DNA from: Candidatus Bathyarchaeota archaeon
GTDB taxonomy: Archaea; Thermoproteota; Bathyarchaeia; Bathyarchaeales; Bathycorpusculaceae
DNA length: 64,000 bases
NCBI GenBank assembly: GCA_963815095.1
Contig: CAWFFH010000003.1
Coordinates: 448,001-512,000 of the forward strand
Reading direction: 5' to 3'
Shown here: one piece after another, positions 60,368-64,000 of the stretch
How the letters are laid out: every line of letters starts with the position of its first letter
How positions within the stretch are numbered: the first letter of the stretch is position 1
Made by a program: the position numbers and the translations under genes
Notes under the pieces: model-generated
The model's database searches: none
What the model was told of the DNA's origin: nothing
What the model saw: the letters and a program-made list of their open reading frames with translations, nothing else

Positions 60368-60529
60368 TTAACTTGGTTTCCCTTTAGTTTCAGTTGCCTT
60401 GTTTTTCCTGCTTTCGCCCCCCTTCCTGCCAATTTCACTGTAGAACCCTTCGTTATGGGTTGCAGAAGTCTTCAATCCACCTTTGCGACCTGCCTCTTCA
60501 ACTGTCATTTTACCTTTCTTTTCTTCCAA
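60368..60529 (-). CDS. KGG/GsiB-like stress protein, 53 aa (not in the ORF track)
   Basis: MEEKKGKMTVEEAGRKGGLKTSATHNEGFYSEIGRKGGESRKNKATETKGKPS; GAGGTGA SD. Confidence 0.8.
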   Translation of the reverse strand: MEEKKGKMTVEEAGRKGGLKTSATHNEGFYSEIGRKGGESRKNKATETKGKPS

Positions 60530-60613
60530 AAAAATCACCTCATCTTAAAAAATGAATAAATCTAGGAGACGGGAAAGAATAAGCCTCAATAATAAAATAT
60601 CTTAAGAACCTGC

Positions 60614-60931
60614 TTATTCTTCCTCGTGTTCCTTTCCTGCCTGAATCAATCGTCGGACTCTCTGTCCACCTCTATGACCGGCTTCTTCAAGGCTTGTTTT
60701 GCCTGCCGCCTCCGCGGAACCTTCATGTTGCTTGGCGCGTTCAGAGCCTCCTTTGCTGCCTATTTCGCTGTAGAATTCTGGACCTCGTTCTTGAGAAACT
60801 TTTTCGCCGCCTTTGCGTCCGATTTCTTCATAGAATTCTCGTCCATGAGTTGAAGCGGTTTTTTCTCCACCTTTCCTGCCAGCTTCAGCAACGGTCATTT
60901 TACCTTTTCGTTCTTCCGTTCGTGTACTCAA
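60614..60931 (-). CDS. KGG/GsiB-like (LEA group 1) general stress protein
   Basis: Repeated EAGRKGG / FYEEIGRKGG / FYSEIGSKGG. Confidence 0.88.
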   Translation of the reverse strand: MSTRTEERKGKMTVAEAGRKGGEKTASTHGREFYEEIGRKGGEKVSQERGPEFYSEIGSKGGSERAKQHEGSAEAAGKTSLEEAGHRGGQRVRRLIQAGKEHEEE

Positions 60932-61169
60932 AAAATTCACCTCCTACTTTGCTGCGCTAAAAGTTAACAAGAATTAGAGCCGAACAACCGCTCATAAACT
61001 TATGTTGTTGTAGCTAAGCAGTAACATGCCAGCTAAGCACCAAAAAAATGGGTCAATATTGATAATTAAACATAAATCAGTTAAAGATGTTATAGCTAAA
61101 CGTTAACTGTCATCATAAATTAATTTAAATATCTCCAACAGGCAACTAAATAATCACCAGGTACACCCA

Positions 61170-62645
61170 ATGAAAGTGCTTCTTATCAATCCGCCGCAGA
61201 CATTTTATCCAGGCTCAGAACAACCTGCGGGCAACTTACCTATAGGCTTGATGTACATAGCCGCGGTGCTCCAGAAATCTGATTACAAAGTTGAAATTTT
61301 GGATACTTTCATGGCGGCTACATTCCAAAAAAACGGTGATACCATAAGCGTTGGTATGCCTTTTGAGCAGATAAAGCAGGAAATAAACTCAAAAAAACCA
61401 GATATTGTGGGCATATCGGGACCATTCACTTGCCAAATAGAAAACTCTGTCAAAGTAAGCAACTTAGCCAAAGAGATTAACCCAGACATTTGGACGGTTA
61501 TTGGTGGTCCTCACGTTACTTTAGTTCCGAGGGAGTTTTTGGAAGAAGCAAAAAATGTTGATATCGCAGTTATGGGCGAAGGAGAATACGCGATGCTTGA
61601 CATTGCCCAAGCGTTTGAAGGCAAAAAACAGCTAAGTGAAGTCAAAGGCATAGCTTATCGCCAAAATGGCGAGGTAGTCGTTAATCAACAGAGACCGTTC
61701 ATTGAGAATCTAGATGAGTTGCCTTACCCAGCTTATGACCTGGTTAATATGGAGCAGTATCTTAACCCCAAAAATATTGGATACCGTAGTTTCCAAGACC
61801 GCGCCATATCCATGATTACAAGCCGAGGCTGCCCGTTTAACTGCTGCTTCTGCGCAGTCCACTTGCATATGGGGCAAAAATTCAGAGCGCACTCAGCCGA
61901 ATACGTATTAAATCACATTCAATATGTCGTGAACAAGTTTAAGGTTAAAAACATCTTTTTTGAAGACGACAACTTAACATTGGATATTAAACGGTTTGAA
62001 GCAATCTGTGACGGAATAATTGAGCGAAAGATAAAGATTGGCTGGGAAACCCCCAACGGTGTTCGCGCAGACTGCCTAAATTTGGAACTGCTAAAGAAAA
62101 TGAAGCGATCTGGAGCTAACAGCATCTTTGTCGGCGTGGAATCAGGCGACCAACAAATCCTCGACAACGTCATCTGCAAAAGCCTCGACTTAAACCGCGT
62201 AGTTGAATTCGCCAAAGATGCCAAGGAAATTGGGTTAAAAACGGGCGCCTTCTACATCATCGGTTTTCCGGGAGAAACCAAAGAGAATATGCAACGAACT
62301 GTCAATTTCGCGTTGGAGCTTAAGCGCAAGTACGACGTGGGCATGCACCTGTTTGCTGCAACGCCGTCTTATGGTACGCGCTTGTATGAAGAATGCAAAG
62401 CTAAAGGCTACTTGCCAGAAGATCTTTCATGGAACAGCTTCGCCCAGGCACGACAAGCCAAAGGCATGCCCCTGATAACCACTAACGAGTTTACGCCAGC
62501 AGAAGTCAAGGAAATAGCAGCCAAGGCTTTGGCTGAGTATAAGAAATTATCGCTGTTGGGTCACATCAAGGACCCTGGGAAAACGCTTAAAACAGCGTTT
62601 AGACAGCCGCAACTCATTCTAAAATATATTAAAAATCTGTTTTAA
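61170..62645 (+). CDS. cobalamin-binding radical SAM enzyme
   Basis: PIGLMYIAA, IGGPHVT, GEGE, SRGCPFNCCFC, FEDDN, GVESG. Confidence 0.9.
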   Translation: MKVLLINPPQTFYPGSEQPAGNLPIGLMYIAAVLQKSDYKVEILDTFMAATFQKNGDTISVGMPFEQIKQEINSKKPDIVGISGPFTCQIENSVKVSNLAKEINPDIWTVIGGPHVTLVPREFLEEAKNVDIAVMGEGEYAMLDIAQAFEGKKQLSEVKGIAYRQNGEVVVNQQRPFIENLDELPYPAYDLVNMEQYLNPKNIGYRSFQDRAISMITSRGCPFNCCFCAVHLHMGQKFRAHSAEYVLNHIQYVVNKFKVKNIFFEDDNLTLDIKRFEAICDGIIERKIKIGWETPNGVRADCLNLELLKKMKRSGANSIFVGVESGDQQILDNVICKSLDLNRVVEFAKDAKEIGLKTGAFYIIGFPGETKENMQRTVNFALELKRKYDVGMHLFAATPSYGTRLYEECKAKGYLPEDLSWNSFAQARQAKGMPLITTNEFTPAEVKEIAAKALAEYKKLSLLGHIKDPGKTLKTAFRQPQLILKYIKNLF

Positions 62646-63061
62646 CTATGATAGTGACCAGTCGGGATTAAAATCTGGGAAGCGTAAAGAACATTGTTCA
62701 TAAACTTAGCTTAAAAGAAGAAGATTAGAAAATTTGCTTTTCTTCTTCTACCGTTAAACGGTTGCTTTATTGATCAGTAGAACAACAACAGATGGCAGTG
62801 AAGTGTTGTTGTTCTTCTTCTCTTTAGTTTCAGAGTTAAGTTGAAAGAAGAAGAAATCATTGAAAAAAATGTCAATTTCTTCTTCTAATCGATAGCTATT
62901 GTGCACCAAAAATAGGGCAACAGAGCTTTCTGCTAACTTTGCGAACAAAATAAACAAATACCTAGAAATCTTAAAGTTACAAATTCAACCTTTTGAAACA
63001 ATTTATTCACGGATACAAGAAAGAAAATGGATGTAGAGTCTGGAGAGCAAATTCGTTGTGG

Positions 63062-63105
63062 TGGTGGCGGGCCCGCTGGGACTAGCCCCTAAAAGGGGTC
63101 GGAAC
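63062..63105 (-). other. isolated tRNA 3'-end fragment (att-site-like)
   Basis: Minus strand reads GTTC-CGACCCCTTTTAGGGGCTAG-TCCCAGCGGGCCCG-CCACCA; no 5' tRNA half upstream. Confidence 0.55.
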
Positions 63106-63429
63106 TTAAACTCAGAAATCGCTTAGGCAATTCAATCACGCCTTTAGTAATTTTTTGCTTGCTTTGCAATAGTTCTTTATTTGCTGACTTAATCAGTGTT
63201 GATAAATGCAAATAGAAGGTGATGGCACGCCTTGGGCTGGAGGTGCCATGATTAAGGATCGGATGATGTTTTTCGAAAGGGGTTACTAACTTCTAAAAGC
63301 TAACCCTTAACCGCTTCTACATCAATAGAGATAGCATAAAAGTTTTTGCCAATTTCACGACTCAGTGACTACAACATAAGTTAGTGAAGTTTCCGTTGAA
63401 AATTTTAAAAAAGAAAAGAAAATGGAGTT

Positions 63430-64000
63430 CTATTTACTTCTTTTTTTGACTATCAATGTAATTGTTGCTACTACAATTACGACTACTATGACCGATAGTA
63501 TAGCTACTATGCCGAGGTTCAGTGGTGCCTCATTGGTATTGGTCAATTGAGATGATGGTGATGTCGTTGGTAATCCAGAGTCTGCACTGTCAACTGGAGG
63601 AAGGTCAGCTCCGCCGTAAGCTTGGTGTTGTACGAGATGTACTTCTCCTGTACCAGCCCAGACTTCGACTAAGAGTTCTGTGACACTACCAGGATATGTT
63701 CCGTTAAGGGGTAGGGTGACAGTCCAAATGGGGTACAAGACATTGGCTTCTTTTGCCAGCGGGTGTAAGACTGTAACTGCTTTATTCTGAGTGACATTGA
63801 ACCCCGTTACAACCCAGTCATCTGACATGCGATATGAGTAGTTCTGTATTGCATTCATTGCAATTTTTATGGCTTGTTCTTTAGAAATGTTTACGCTCGT
63901 ATCGCCTATTGAATTCACGGCTCGACCGTCGATTAGGCCTGAGAATACGCCGTCTTTGAAGCTAACGTCTAATGATAGATACTCGCATCCATTGAAAGTT
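63430..64000 (-). CDS. C-terminal part of a membrane-anchored surface protein (runs off the window)
   Basis: 'ISKEQAIKIA' PepSY-like segment, Pro/Thr/Ser linker, TM and KKRSK tail. Confidence 0.7.
   Translation of the reverse strand, partial: TFNGCEYLSLDVSFKDGVFSGLIDGRAVNSIGDTSVNISKEQAIKIAMNAIQNYSYRMSDDWVVTGFNVTQNKAVTVLHPLAKEANVLYPIWTVTLPLNGTYPGSVTELLVEVWAGTGEVHLVQHQAYGGADLPPVDSADSGLPTTSPSSQLTNTNEAPLNLGIVAILSVIVVVIVVATITLIVKKRSK

Noticed and set aside
62754-62957. 67 aa minus-strand ORF
   Set aside because: Low-complexity AT-rich intergenic sequence with no coding signature
63218-63275. Fluoride (crcB) riboswitch
   Set aside because: The GGTGATGG start is similar, but the pseudoknot pairing is absent and no gene follows on that strand
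1-64000. CRISPR array, transposase, integrase, rRNA; the many short ORFs nested in or antisense to called genes
   Set aside because: No regularly spaced repeats or mobile-element motifs seen; nested ORFs are shadows of well-supported genes

Overview
A 64 kb chromosomal segment from an anaerobic archaeon, most plausibly Bathyarchaeia (TACK). This lineage call is an inference from Alba, L40e, a GPN-loop GTPase, archaeal AspRS, a PAC2 protein, A1-U72 initiator tRNA, large membrane-anchored PQQ-like beta-propeller proteins and frequent TTG/GTG starts. There are four blocks. (1) 1.2-20.3 kb is a radical-SAM-dense accessory region: two B12-binding rSAMs, two rSAM/SPASM paralogs, a HemN-like rSAM and a class I methyltransferase, interleaved with two large surface beta-propeller proteins, an amidohydrolase lacking its second-metal ligands, an ECF-S-like membrane protein, an orphan rnfD-rnfC pair and a membrane-bound HTH regulator. 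This is the best candidate for an undescribed system. (2) 21-45 kb is housekeeping: bacterial-type metK, hypA with an ATPase-type HypB, aspS, alba, rpl40e, ribK, acdA, a hisGDCBHAFI operon, a box C/D sRNA, tRNA-iMet and a ribophorin-I-like membrane protein. (3) 45.4-61 kb is an oxidative/thiol-stress island: ferredoxins including a Zn-ferredoxin, PDO, FprA, rubrerythrin, SOD, a disulfide reductase-Grx-FDR operon, Nth, Prx, Cys-rich regulators, ferritin-like protein, flavodoxin and KGG/GsiB proteins, plus an embedded PriS-like primase and several unannotated small ORFs. (4) The last 3 kb holds a third B12-rSAM, an isolated tRNA 3'-end fragment and a truncated surface protein. No CRISPR array, transposase or integrase was seen. 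All calls come from motif recognition by eye; no database search was run.
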